A stretch of DNA of 62,420 nt, the filler included, from Sphacelaria rigidula (taxonomy: Eukaryota): NCBI GenBank assembly GCA_964200075.2. It is 11 parts of 11 records of this genome, joined end to end, with 100 filler letters (N's around TTAATTAATTAA, not from the genome) between each part and the next. Parts side by side here need not be neighbours in the genome. Positions count along the whole stretch, not along the records: positions 11,369 to 16,952 come from CAXNAA020026110.1; positions 17,053 to 22,636 come from CAXNAA020026111.1; positions 22,737 to 28,320 come from CAXNAA020026112.1; 8 more parts are not named here. One strand, 5' to 3'. The translations under genes and the position numbers were made by a program. Shown here in pieces: positions 12,430 to 24,745 of the stretch. The notes beneath the pieces are model-generated. The model made no database searches. It was given only the letters and a program-made list of their open reading frames with translations, and was not told the DNA's origin. Positions within the stretch are counted from its first letter, which is position 1; every line of letters starts with the position of its first letter.

Positions 12430-12553
12430 ATGGGCATGTGGGAAAATAGAATGCTGTGACGCGCGTGCTGCAGCTGCTTGGGCAAAGAGGACTGGTTGAG
12501 ATGGACGTAATCGCCGACATCATCAATTATGACACGGTAGTGTCAGGCAAATG
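12430..12553 (+). pseudogene. Decayed pentatricopeptide (PPR) repeat fragment
   Basis: WACGK, then after a frameshift RVLQLLGQRGLVEMDVIADIINYDTVVSG*. This resembles the PPR consensus ACGKxG..AL.LL.EM...GV.PDVISYN.VIS. Confidence 0.35.
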
Positions 12554-13664
12554 ATGTCCGAACGGGGTTCGTTTCTACGTTGGGGATGCATCAAGCCAAG
12601 ATGCAGAATAGGGTAGATACCGCCGGTAAGAGGGTGTGCGTACATCGACCGTGTGCACACGCTTATCATCGAGTGCCGGCCGAACGAACGCGTGCAATGC
12701 CCTGAAAACTGCCTTCAACGTGCAAGCGTTATCCTTTCAAGACTCGTTGTAGGTGAAGCGCAAAACGATTACGCCAGGTCAAGGAAACCAGCAGCGAGGA
12801 GTCCAATCCATATCTCGCCCTGTCCTGAAGGTGGCGAGAATCGAAAACTGTATCCGTATCCTACCGAATCCACCTCAGGAGTGTTTTGCCAGACCCGACG
12901 GTCTGAATGCGAAGCAGCAAGCGTCAGCGGCGTTCGCTTGCCCTTCAAGTCCTTTCCTGCTCTGTTTTCATTTTTTCATTTCCCATCTTTTCTCGTATAT
13001 ATATATACACGTACATACATATCAGTGGGTGGTTTTCATTTTATTTACGCACCATTCGTCCATCTTGCGACCCGCAGCGGGGAGCATAGAGGATTACTGG
13101 ATGAGATCGCATCAAGCCATGGGGAAGCTGTTTCCAACCAACCCTATCCTACATCAACATCTATCACACAAACCTGACGTTCTCGAAGCGCCCATCCTCT
13201 TCAACAACCCCACAAGATACCCCAATCAGACCCCTCTACTCGGATCTAAACTCAGCAGATAGACCCGTCAGAACGAGAAAGCCGACAAACTACATCGGGA
13301 ATCAAGAATGTATTCCATTTCGCCTTCGTTCGGTGAAGTCTGAGTATTTTTCGAAAACCGATTGCTACTCTGGAACATGTTCATATCGCACGCGTGGCGA
13401 AATCCCACCTACCTCCGCATTCATCTTGTTCAGGTAGCTGTGCACGGTGGGCGGCGGCTGATACCTGTGTCGACGCACCGGCCCCTCCGGCAGCACCATG
13501 CTCATGCTCATGCGGCGTTTTGGGGGAGATTTCTTACCCGGGGGTAGACCCTTTCTGTCCCCTCCTCTGCTTCCACCTATAACATCCGATTGAGTAATTC
13601 TCAGGGATTTTCTTGGTCAAAAACTCATACCGAAATGATGCAACTTTAACGTTTGAGTACTCCA

Positions 13665-14052
13665 TACAACAGCCGATCATCGAAATTAAAGATGGAGCTT
13701 CTCATTGAGGATGATAACCCGGAAAATTAAAATCTTTGCATCCACACCAATTCTTCGAGATATGGTTCCATTCCTTCATCTGCTGGTGGCTATTATTGAC
13801 AACTATCACATGCCAAAAAGGTTTAGATTCCGATGACCGAAATAGGGTCCTAGGTGAAAAATCAATTCTTAAGAATTTAGGTGATCCGGCCATCCAAACT
13901 TCAATGGCGTATAGTAGTTGTCAATAGCTACCAACAGATGAAGGAATGAAAGCATATTTCGAAGAATCGGCGTGAAAGCGAATATTTTCATTCTCCGGGG
14001 TTTCATCCTCAATGAAAAGCTCCATCATCAATTTCGATGATCGGCTGTTATA
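13665..14052. mobile_element. Fold-back MITE family F, copy 1
   Basis: TIR of ~150 bp (AACAGCCGATCATCGAAATT... / ...AATTTCGATGATCGGCTGTT) with TA at both outer ends. Confidence 0.85.
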
Positions 14053-14573
14053 CCAAGAGTCTTTTTGAAAACGATACCTCCTGACTAGGATGCGTGCAGT
14101 AGCCTTGTGAGCTACGGATGACGAGGTCGATGACGGCTCCCCCTTCAATACAAATTTATGGTGCGCGTGCTGAACTGTTCGAGCACAAACGACTGCACAA
14201 GATGATGCTGGTGTGATCACCGCTGCTGCTTTCGTTGTACCCTAGCGGTCGATGTGGTACTGCTCGTGGCGCGTGTACTCAGAAATACGACATAATAGCA
14301 TGTGCGTGGCAGCTTTCCCATACATGTTTCGTCTGTTCACCCATAGATAATCGCAGTATAATGACCCATCCCGAACACACGTCCAAATGGTCTATAACTA
14401 GTGCCGTGGGCGCCCAAGAGGTTGAAGCAAAAAACACGCGTATGGGGTACTTCAAAATGACGACCGCATGCGTAGCGGTGCGGTGGGAAATGGCCATGGC
14501 TATACATTGCGCAAAAGTGCATCCAATACATGCCCGAACGCAGGGAAAAGACAACAGTATTAGGTGAGCCAGC

Positions 14574-14922
14574 CGGTCGCCCCGGTGGCTCAGTTGGTAA
14601 CCTCGAAACCTTCTGACGGTTGGGTCGTGGGTTCAATTCTCCGAGCGATCCGGGACTTTTTCTCATGCCCAACAGTGGAGAGCGACTATGTCGTGGGTAC
14701 ACAAAATTCGACTTAACGGTCGACGAGGGAAAGGGACTGCTGAACCCCCCTCGCGATAGGAAACAAAAGGCAAGCACCGCAGAAGGAAGGCGGGGTATTA
14801 ATAACGAACAAGAAAGAAGGAACAAAAAAGGCTCCTGTGTTGACCTTCCTCCTGTGTGACGCCGGCTGGTGCGCCCACATGGAACGACAGCACACACAAC
14901 AACAACAACAACAACAACAACA
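14574..14922 (+). mobile_element. tRNA-derived SINE family 1, full-length copy
   Basis: A box TGGCTCAGTTGG (14586-14597), B box GGTTCAATTCT (14630-14640), conserved body and (CAA)n tail. Three further copies in the window. Confidence 0.85.
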
Positions 14923-16110
14923 CAGATGAATCTAAGCACAAATACCTATTGGATGAGGCGAATCCCCATCTCAGCAAGAGGCGAACAGACAGCACTTCTG
15001 GGTTGCCTGGTGAGTCTGCTTCTGCGGTCTCAGACGGTAGACAAATGACGATGCTTCTATTTGTTTTTCGAGTGTTTATTGCCATGCGATATATATATAT
15101 ATATATCTCCGCCGTCTTTTCTCGGGACGAGCTCGCCATCTCAAGGAATCTACTTGTTATTCTCGCGACACATGTCTAGCTGACTGACCATGTGATAACG
15201 AGAGTTGCACCAGCATTACTGCAGCCCGTCGACTTTCGTTGCCCTTTCTCGTTGAGTCATACTCTCGCGCTTTGTAGTGACATAAAACCAATAAATGAAC
15301 TCATATTTCGGGGGTTTACAGACGTTCATCCGCCCAGAGTGGGCGATAGTGTTCCAGCTTCACCAACGAGGTGCGGTGGCGTATCAACCAATGTTTCGCG
15401 ATTGCGCTTTGGAGGGACAAGCTTACCCGCACCACTCCAGGCATTCTCCGAAGTAGTTTGCCCCGGAAACGTACTCGAACATGCCTCCTGTTGGAACACG
15501 AACGGAACCAATTCAAACGCGCAGTAACAGGTATCAGTAAGCTGGCTTACACATTTGGCAACAAACGCTCGGATGATTCACCAAGCACCACACCCTTCAG
15601 GTCGGTGCGGATGATAACCTTCCATGAGAGTAGAGTAATCTCGGAGTTGAAACCTGCGGTCGCGAGGCCGCCTTGAGAACAATATCGTTGGCTGAATTTC
15701 AGTGCCGATAACCCCGACGCTGTAGGGGAGAATCTGCCTTAAATTTGCGAGCAACGCCCACGACGACAATATGCTGGTCCATAACCCATCTTCTTCGATT
15801 CCCTTTGATCCGCGCAATATGGTGCTTTGACCGGGGTCAAAGCAGGTGCATTTTGCGTATATTGAGCGGTTGCTTTGGGATCGGTTTCTGGCAAGACGGG
15901 ACGAAGGAATCGACGAATTGGCGCGGTCGTACCTCTTGGTATTTTGTAGCCAGTTTCTTTTGGTCCCCGCAGTCGCCGCAGTATACCGTCGCTGTGGTAG
16001 TTGATCCCGAACCCTGCCCAGATAAGAACCAGGAAATGAACGTGAAGTGTCAATCAATACCCTGCGCTGGGCCCGTAAAACCTATAGGGAATGAAAACGA
16101 GTAACGGAGC

Positions 16111-16112
<2 letters not shown>

Positions 16113-16146
<34 letters not shown>

Positions 16147-16314
16147 ATCTCATGTACGCTGGTCATCAGGCTACACCTTTCGGTATATGTGGGCGCACCA
16201 GCCGGGGTCACACAGGAGGAAGGTCAACACACGAGTTTTTTTTGTAGTTGTCCACCTTCCTTCTGCGGTACTTGCCTTTCATTTTTTATTGCGCGAAGAG
16301 TTCAGCAGTCCCCT
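16113..16314 (-). mobile_element. SINE family 1, 5'-truncated copy with (CA)n tail
   Basis: (tg)n, then tatgtgggcgcaccagccggggtcacacaggaggaaggtcaacac, which is the reverse complement of the SINE1 3' part. Confidence 0.8.
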
Positions 16315-16351
16315 CACATGATATGAAATTTAATAACGCTGTATCTACCGG

Positions 16352-16378
16352 ACAACAACAACAACGACAACAACAACG

Positions 16379-16410
<32 letters not shown>

Positions 16411-16420
16411 GACAGCAATA
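16352..16420 (+). repeat. (CAA/CAG/CGA)n microsatellite
   Basis: Direct reading of the sequence. Confidence 0.85.
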
Positions 16421-17052
16421 AGAACAGCGCTCAAGATGTACACTTCCTAGCTGTCCTTTCTATTCCACTATATATGATTACATCCAACGCTTGAACCAGA
16501 TTTACTCATATTTCCCGCATCATACTGTGGCCTTAAAATCGCCGAAGACCTTATCTTCCAGCTTTGCTCGGTTGCGCTATTTGTCTTTCTCGTACCTAAG
16601 GCGAAGGTACCCGCGCCAAGCACGAACCGTGGATCTCGCATCCAGGGGTTCCTGCAGAAAAAAAGACGTGTGGATCGAAAGCACAGAGGATAGGAACTAC
16701 GTCAGTTCATCTGCCTGCCTCTCTATCCCCGTCCATTTGCCTCTTTGTCTGTCTATCTACCCTATGCTGTTCTCTATCCCGTCTACCTCTTTACCCTCGC
16801 CCCATCCTTTTCATTTATCCTTTTTACAGTGCATGATTGAGTGACGGTCGAATCGTACTCCATGCGTTCCGTGACGTACATCAATGTTGTTTTCTATTGA
16901 TGCTTCGATGCCCCCCCCCCCCCCCCCCCCCCCCCTTGTGTTGCTTTGTCAGNNNNNNNNNNNNNNNNNNNNNNNNNNNNNNNNNNNNNNNNNNNNTTAA
17001 TTAATTAANNNNNNNNNNNNNNNNNNNNNNNNNNNNNNNNNNNNNNNNNNNN

Positions 17053-18169
17053 GATTGAGTAAGCACTCTCAGTGATACTTGAGTATAGAGTATCACTTGA
17101 GAATGACCTCAATACTCTACTCAAATTTCGAGTAGGTTGAGTATGGTCTCAAATACTCTACTCAAAATTTGAGTAGGTTGAGTACGGCCTCAAATACTCA
17201 ACACAAATTTCGAGTAGGTTGAGTATGGTCTCAAACACTCTACTCAAAATTTGAGTAGGTCGAGTACGACCTCAAATACTCTATTCAAATTTTGAGTAAG
17301 CACTCTCAGTAATACTTGAGTATCGAGTGCCCCTTTGGTATGGTGAGTACCCCTCACAGTCGGCGACTTCGTGACGTCATTTCACAGACTATGTTGAATG
17401 CATGGGCGAACGATGCCCATCAATTCGATGGACGGCATTACATAACAGCCAACAAGGAGTACGAGCGAATGATGGCCATACAAAAATTAAGAAGCGTGCA
17501 GGTGAACGAGCCTACTTGCCCCAGCGCCACATCTCACCAGCCCCTACCCCCGGTAATTTATACTCGATACCTCTTAACGCCTTCGATATCACTTTCAGTA
17601 CAGAGCTACTCATCATCATCGAGTTATCGAGTAGTCGAGTAGTCGAGCAGGCATTATCAAAATGAGCGACTCTACTGGCAACGGTTTGACAAGACAGTTT
17701 GACCTTGAATCAACACTCATCATATGTGGGCAACTCTAGGAATACGTCGGTATTTCTTCTACCCGAGTTGAAGTTATAGGTTTTCGGTACATCGGATCCG
17801 GCCTCAGATACTCCACTCAAATTTTGAGTAGGTCGAGTACGGCCTCCGATACTCTACTCGACGTTTGAGTAGGTCGAGTATGGCCTCGGATACTCTACTC
17901 AATTTTTGAGTAGGTCGAGTACGACCTCAAATACTCTACTCAATTTTTGAGTAGGTCGAGTACGACCTCAAATACTCTACTCAAAGATTGAGTAAGCACT
18001 CTCAGTGAGACTTGAGTATCGAGTATCACTTGAGAATGACCTCAATACTCTACTCAAATTTCGAGTACGTTGAGTACGGCTTTCATTACTCTACTCAAAT
18101 TTTGAGTACTGAACGTATGACTTTTCAAAAATACCGAGTATTGAGTATACTCTACTCGACCTACCCTTG
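17053..18169. repeat. 41-bp tandem arrays inside a P/hAT-type element end
   Basis: Unit gagtaggtcgagtacgacctcaaatactctactcaattttt, in two arrays (~17110-17300 and ~17805-17985). The region ends in TIR ...GAGTATACTCTACTCGACCTACCCTTG at 18169. Confidence 0.85.
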
Positions 18170-18814
18170 CAATATTCCATAGTTCCTCCGTTCTCTACCG
18201 GCTCCCCCCCGAAAGGCGGTACAGAATGCCTCAAAAGAAAAAGAATAAAATGATGCGTCCCGGAGGTAGTCCAACGAACACATGTACAAAGTTTGGTGGA
18301 TAACTAGAAAAGCTCATGCATTTTTTTCGCCTTGACATGAAATTCACCCCAAGAGACGTTTCTATACTACGACCAAGTAGTCAGGAGTTGCACGTTTCAA
18401 GCCCATGTTCTCCACAAACGCGCAAACCTTTACGCCATCATTAGGAGTTAGACTCTGAAACTTTGCACCAATATGGTATGTCTCATCACGCAACTTACTA
18501 TGGACAAGTTTTTTTACCACTTGAGGTTTTCACCGTTTTTCGGGGGTCCGACGGGATCCAAGTCGTTTTTCGCATTAGTCTCCATTCTGGGAAACCGGAA
18601 AATCGGCACTACGACTTTTTTCACATTTTTTTCGCAAACAAGCTGTCTCCGCATGCCCTAAGGAAGGGTCCCACACAATTTCGTCGCACAACTCAATCAA
18701 TTGATGCTTGAATTTTCATGTTCACGTCAAAAAAGGCCCAAAAACGCCGTTTCGGTACTAAAACCATCTAGTTTGAGGTTTCACCGCGGTACGCCAAGGT
18801 TTACCGCACGAAAG

Positions 18815-19092
18815 CGAAAACTCTCACGCCATTTCAAGGAGTTCGACCCTGAAATTTTGCACAGCTGTTCTATGCGTGTTATGGAACTTTGGAAGAACTT
18901 TTTTTTTTTTAACCGTTTTACGGGGGGTCCCAATGGATCGATGTTTTCCCGAAAAACTGGGGACCCCCAAAGAAAGGTGAAAAAAGTCGAGAAGTAAAGA
19001 AAACATCGTTCTTCGAAAGTTGCGTAATGACCCATAGAACAGCTGCGCAAAATTTCAGGGTCTAAGTCCTTAAAACGGCGTGAGGTTTTGCC
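18815..19092. repeat. Imperfect inverted repeat (~85-bp arms), likely a MITE interior
   Basis: gaccctgaaattttgcacagctgttctatg versus catagaacagctgcgcaaaatttcagggtc. A related segment lies near 18420-18500. Confidence 0.65.
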
Positions 19093-20265
19093 TATGAGTG
19101 TTTCTTGGGTGATGAGCGTGAACCAGCTGGTAGAGCAGCAGCATTGAGCGTTGTATTTCCTGTGATTGTTGGGCACCTCAGCAGCATGCAACAAAAAGGG
19201 TCGTGCCAACGACCCCAAACGTGCAGCAAAGCAGAGCGCGATTTCCCAGTCAAGGACGAATGAAGCAAGGTGTAAATACAGCACCACTTCAGGAGCTCAC
19301 GACATACTCGGCACCCTTGCCAACGCCAACGCGGTGAAAGCGTTCTCTGTGTGAGAAGGTCTTGTTCATCTTTGCCATGCATGCGCAGCAATGAACATGT
19401 ATTACTAGAGCTCAAAAATTGTTTGTCTCACATTAACCAGTAAAATGACACATAATGGTTTGGTCATCGAGCGGCGAAGCTGCGATGCGAGCCAAAAAGC
19501 CACCCCCCGCAAAGGGGGCCCCGCCGGAGGCAACGTACCGCAGGCACGCTTTTACGCGATTTGGCTTCACTAGAGCTACAAAACACGTTGAATTTTGGCC
19601 AACTTTCAAGGGCTGTGTGTAACATACGCAGCCGGTAATGGCTTTAAAGCCGGTAACGGTAAATAATGCTTTGAAACCATGATCCAAAATTTTCATGTAA
19701 CCATTACCATCATTACCGTTATACTGGTAATAGCCAGTATACCTGGTACCATTTCCAAGATCCATATTTCACTGATGGAATAATGACCACACCCCCCAAC
19801 TAAGCCTCGGGCCTTGTGTGCTGACAAGGTCGCAACAAACAGGTCAATTGACATTTCCAACGTCACTGAGCAGTCGGTTGTTGCTTCCCTCATATGTTCA
19901 TCATATCTGCCGCATTTTGTTTCATTTTCAGTTTACGGGCTTTTTCTCCGTTCAGTACAGTACAAACAGGAAGTGCGGCAGACAACCTTGCTTGCGCGAC
20001 TACTCCGGAATGGGCTCAAAACAACTCATCTCACGACGGAAGCCGCATCTTCCCTGACTCTCCATCGGTGCTCCATTCTGTGGATCGGCACCGTTTGTGT
20101 TCATGCCAAGTAGAACTACAACATGCGGAAGCTGGCAGGAATTGTATTCAACGGGCTCGCTCGACACTGTGTTCTGTTTACAGAATTCCGACTCAGCGTG
20201 GCTTTCTCCCTTTGGCGCCATATGATGGATCACTACATTACCTGAATCCCATCTCGTGGATACTT

Positions 20266-20470
20266 CAAGGGTAGGTCGAGTAGAGTGTACTCAATTGCGG
20301 GAGATTTTGAAAGTCGTACTTAAAGTACACAATTTGGGGGTAGGGTTTCAGGAATCGCTTCCCAGCTATTTTTTGGGTACGAGTCCCAACACTCTACCCT
20401 ACCTTGAGTACCCCAAGTATGTCTTTCAGAATACCCCGCAATTGAGTATACTCTACTCGACCTGCCCTTG
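20266..20470. mobile_element. P/hAT-type MITE (CAAGGG termini), copy 1
   Basis: TIR CAAGGGTAGGTCGAGTAGAGT. Flanks ggatactt / gaatattt form a degenerate 8-bp TSD. Confidence 0.85.
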
Positions 20471-20614
20471 GAATATTTCGAACTTCTGTGATACTCAGCC
20501 GCATCTCCCCCAGTGTTGAGTGATTGCTGCTCGGTACAACCGAGACTCCTCATCGTCTGTGATCACGTCGCTGTTTCGCTTGTCAAGATTCCGTCGGTTC
20601 GGCAGTCATCTCAC

Positions 20615-20725
20615 CTGGATACTCATGAACAGCGTGGAGGTCACCGACGTGTTCACGATCGCATCCTCCGCGTTCAACGTCGTCATCACCTGTTGCCTCC
20701 ACCTCCCGAAGAAGAGTTCACTGAT
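20615..20725 (-). CDS. Internal exon, probably of a ubiquitin-specific protease (peptidase C19)
   Basis: ctgcag acceptor and gtgaga donor, 111 nt, phase 0: ISELFFGRWRQQVMTTLNAEDAIVNTSVTSTLFMSIQ. Resembles the USP 'I..LF.G......E.F..I.L' segment. Confidence 0.5.
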
Positions 20726-21094
20726 CTGCAGAAATCGTCACGTACGGAGCGGAAAAGGGGGGGAAACGGCGTGTGCACATCATGCATGACACGGCAACAG
20801 ATTGATCGAGTTGCACTGCTTTTATGTGAGTAGACGCTGCTATTGACGGAAGGTATGCGCTGCCTCCGAAGTGCGTTACATACGGTACACCAGGAGGGTG
20901 TGTTAGTGTGTGCGCAAACCGCAGCTGAGTCGAACCACACGGTAGTTTTGCAGTGTCCCCCGCGGATGGCCACGCTGCCAAGAGTCATCACGACAAAAAG
21001 AGCACCAAACAGGATCTGCCGGTTTCTGCACGCTCTGAAGGTGAGGTCGGGGCGCCACGATGGATTTGTACCGACGTCTTTTCCGAACTGCATA

Positions 21095-21424
21095 GCGCCC
21101 CGGTGGTTCAGTTGGTAACCTCGTAACCTCCTGATGGTTGAGTAGCTTTTCTCACACCATGCGCAACAGTGGAGAGCGATCATGTCGTGGGTACACAAAC
21201 TTCGACTCAACGGTTGACGAGGGAGAGGGACTGCTGGACCCCTCTCGCGATAAAAATAAAGACAAGCACCGCAGAAGGAGGGTGGGGTATCAAAAACAAA
21301 TAAAAAAATAAAAAGCTCCTGTGTTGACCTTCCTCCTGTGTGACCCCGGCTGATGCGCCCACATATACCGAAAGGTGTACACTGGTGCCCAGAATAAATA
21401 GGACGACAACACAACACACACACA
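21095..21424 (+). mobile_element. SINE family 1 copy with B-box region deleted
   Basis: A box TGGTTCAGTTGG, conserved body, CA-rich tail. Lies in the intron between the two exons. Confidence 0.85.
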
Positions 21425-21639
21425 TAGTAGGCCCGACCCATCGGATGCTGCGGTCGATACGTTCCACTCCAACGTGCAGACTCCAAGTCACGACCTCAAC
21501 GCTACGACGCACTGCAAGTCATGACAGTAGAAAACACCCGAGTGCCTGCGTTTTCAGCTCGATGCAAGCACACCACTGAAGCCCTCGCTGCAGGTCAAAG
21601 TACCACAACGCAACACAACGCGACATCAGCGTATCTCAC

Positions 21640-21864
21640 CACATTGTCGTACTGGGCCATCGGGCTAGTGTCATGCTTATGGCGAACCGCATCCTTCCCT
21701 TCCTTCCCTTCCTTCCCTTCCTTCCCTTCCTTCCCTTCCTTCTCGTAGCGTGGAGACGCCCCCGCTCCCCTGCCCACGCCCTCATGCGCTCCTCTCCTCG
21801 CCTCCTCGAGCGCCGCCACGCCGTTCGTGCTGCCCGTGAGCGCACAAGCTATCTGACCCTCCAG
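21640..21864 (-). CDS. Internal exon upstream of 20615-20725, same gene, with coding (KEG)5 repeat
   Basis: actcag acceptor and gtgaga donor, 225 nt, phase 0: LEGQIACALTG...KEGKEGKEGKEGKEGKD...QYDNV. Joins in frame to ISELFFG. Confidence 0.55.
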
Positions 21865-22736
21865 CTGAGTGCATGCAATCACGCACACGCATGGGGGGAG
21901 CCAGGTTTGGACTAGTACGAGAGGGTCGACGGGTGGGACAGTGTTGGGGCGTTTCAGCATGCCAGCACGGTTCGGTGTGGTGCTTGTGAGTTTGCGGTCG
22001 TGTGCTTCCGTTTCCTCAAGTTGGAAGGGAGTGTTGCGCATGAAGAGTCAGTGTCTCGAGACATGGACACGGAAAATAATGCTGCGTCTGGTCGCTCCTT
22101 TGCAATTCTTCGTATAGTAGCAAGAAATGTAGTGGGTATATTTCGCCTCCCATTACTTTCATCTCGGAACCCCACCCGTTCTCGCGATATCCCTTGTTTG
22201 AAATTCAATACACCATACTCCTAATTGCAGAAAAACGACATTAGGTCATTCTGTAAGACTTGGGGATTTCACCTGCAAGCGTTGTTTGTTTATCCTCTTA
22301 TTACAGTACTAGGCGTAGAACTTAATAACACGTACGATATATGCATCAGTTCGCCGGGGGCCCGAAAACGGATCGGTTGGTTGGCAAAGTCGCCATTGAA
22401 TAAACGACGGCACTTCAGAGGGCATGCCGGACTCAATAGTCAATAGTACTTCATCTAGATTAAATGGACAGCAAAACCTACAGCAAAAGAGACTTGTTTA
22501 TTGACATCCAGTGCCGATATGCTACAGTACATATGTTGGTGCGTCTCTTTCAATCTTCGGGGGGGGGGGGGTATAAACTTAAAGCTTTGTCGTTTAAGCT
22601 CTTTACCTATGTTCGTGCTTACCTCCGAAGCCCCGGNNNNNNNNNNNNNNNNNNNNNNNNNNNNNNNNNNNNNNNNNNNNTTAATTAATTAANNNNNNNN
22701 NNNNNNNNNNNNNNNNNNNNNNNNNNNNNNNNNNNN

Positions 22737-22811
22737 GGTTCAGCAGTCCCTTTCCCTCGTCGACCGTTAAGTCGAATTTTGTGTACCCACGACATAGTCG
22801 CTCTCCACTGT
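22737..22811 (-). mobile_element. SINE family 1 central-domain fragment
   Basis: Near-identical reverse complement of 14672-14747. Confidence 0.8.
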
Positions 22812-24099
22812 CTGTGTGGCATTGCCATTCCCACGCCAGTACTTGACTCCTCCTCACGAGAGATTACGCTGGCGAGAGTCGAATCAACGATGCCTGGTTT
22901 AGGTACGAGTAAAAAAGGCCTGCGACGACGGCACCACGTACATACTCTCACAATCATTGCATGGTTGAAACGCCGGAATGACGCCTCTTTTTCAGTCGGT
23001 TTAGCTTTCAGAACCGGAACCGGCAAACGCCTACAACGGTCTCCACGAACCGATTATAACATGTTCTTTTTTCAATGGTGCCCACTTCTACGCACAACCA
23101 GAGTCAAAATCTACTTGCATCCGGAACTATTCCAGAGAAATCAAGCAAAGATTGCGGCTGTAGCAAGCGATCGCTGCTCAGACGTTGTGCATGTGTCCAA
23201 GGACCACGCGTCGTGCGATCGTTCTATGTCGTACTGTAGGCACGGGTGGGACTCGCTGTTTTCAGCGTGGTTGAGACAGAGGCAATGACCGCCATGATCA
23301 CTACGCGAGTAGTCGAAAGCGTAGCAAAAATTGCCTACTCACACTCATACGAAGCACAAGGACGGCGAGATTATATAACTCCCGAACGTTTGTCCAAGTG
23401 TGACCACGGGTCCGAGAGATTGGATTGATGTGCGGACATATAATACTCTCACATCGAGTGTTTTGGTGTCACACTTGAGATGTTTGTTTCGCCTCTGTGG
23501 AGAGGGAAAATGCCAACCTCACATCGCGGTCTGAGTGATACGACTCGTGTCATGTGTGCACAAGAGAAGGAAAAAGAGACAAAACGTGAGAAGAAGAAAA
23601 AACAACAGGAAAAGGATGAATAGTGCGCGTTTTTGTGAGTGCTCCGGTCTGATTCGCCCAAGGAGAGATTTACAGTTTTGACTTTTATGACGCTTATTGG
23701 GCGAAACTCAAACAACAGCGATGCAGCATTGATCACATTTGGGCCAATGGACAAAGTAGTTACACAATATTTTGCTTCGAAAAAAAAAGCTTCCGAAACA
23801 AAAAAAGCACGACTACATCCACTATATTCATCATGACCAATGTTTTGACGACTATCGACGGTTGAGATCGACCCTCTTGAAAAAAAAAGGGCGGGGGGTG
23901 GAGGGGTAAATTGCCGTATATGTTCGTGGAAGACCTCTCTTCACGTTCTTTCCACATGGTTTGAGAAGAAAAAGCAGGCGCGGGTGTTCTTCTGAGCGCA
24001 GAGGATATCGCGCTGATCGAGCGCAAAGGTGCACTAACTAGAGGCATCCCATGGTAGGGCGTGGGGGAGACAAATATATCGATAATTCTCTCCGCCACA

Positions 24100-24340
24100 T
24101 TCTTGCGCCCTGCCTTTTCCTCGGTATCTGCCTCACACGATCGTTATCGAGGATCGAATCAGCTGTCCCGCACCGCGTTGACTCCCGTCCAATTTCCTTC
24201 GCTACCCTGGTCGTCACTTTTCCAAAGACAGAGACTAGAGTCTGCTAAAAACAAAGTCATATCTATCGGGATCTTCGAACCCGCCACTGTCCGTCCGAAC
24301 CGGCCGTGGGTGTATCAATTAGACCAGCAGGGTGCGGCGG
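24100..24340 (-). mobile_element. tRNA-derived SINE family 2, diverged copy
   Basis: Minus-strand A box TGGTCTAATTGA, B-like GGTTCGAA and shared cccgcaccgcgttg motif. Confidence 0.5.
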
Positions 24341-24439
24341 CGAAAATATCGCCCGCGACAAAAAAAAACACTTCTTCACTCTGCTTGAGGCAGCGAACAA
24401 AAAAGGTACACCTTTTGCTCTATTCACATTTTCAATCAT

Positions 24440-24745
24440 TTCCCGTCCTCGAGACGAGTCCGTCGTCTCAAAAGGATTAACCCGTCTCTCCCCCGGTACA
24501 CACGCCTTGCACTCTAGGCTCGCGGATTGGATCATGACCACCAGCACCCCCGCACCGCGTTGGCTCTCGTCAAGCAAAACTCGTTTAAAATATATATTTT
24601 TTGCCAGTCACGTCCTCACGCGTTCGATGACCGAAATCAGATAGGTCGAAGACAAAACCCAACCGCATCTGGCGGGATCGAACCCCCGTTCTCTTCACCC
24701 TAATGGTGTCACTTTTTCGCCATTAGACCACCGGGGCGCGGCGGC
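24440..24745 (-). mobile_element. tRNA-derived SINE family 2
   Basis: Minus-strand A box TGGTCTAATGG and B box GGTTCGATCCC. Body homologous to 54095-54380 and 55525-55805. Confidence 0.75.

Noticed and set aside
17053..18169. CRISPR-like array
   Set aside because: Units are contiguous near-identical repeats without unique spacers, there are no cas genes, and the context is a eukaryotic transposon.
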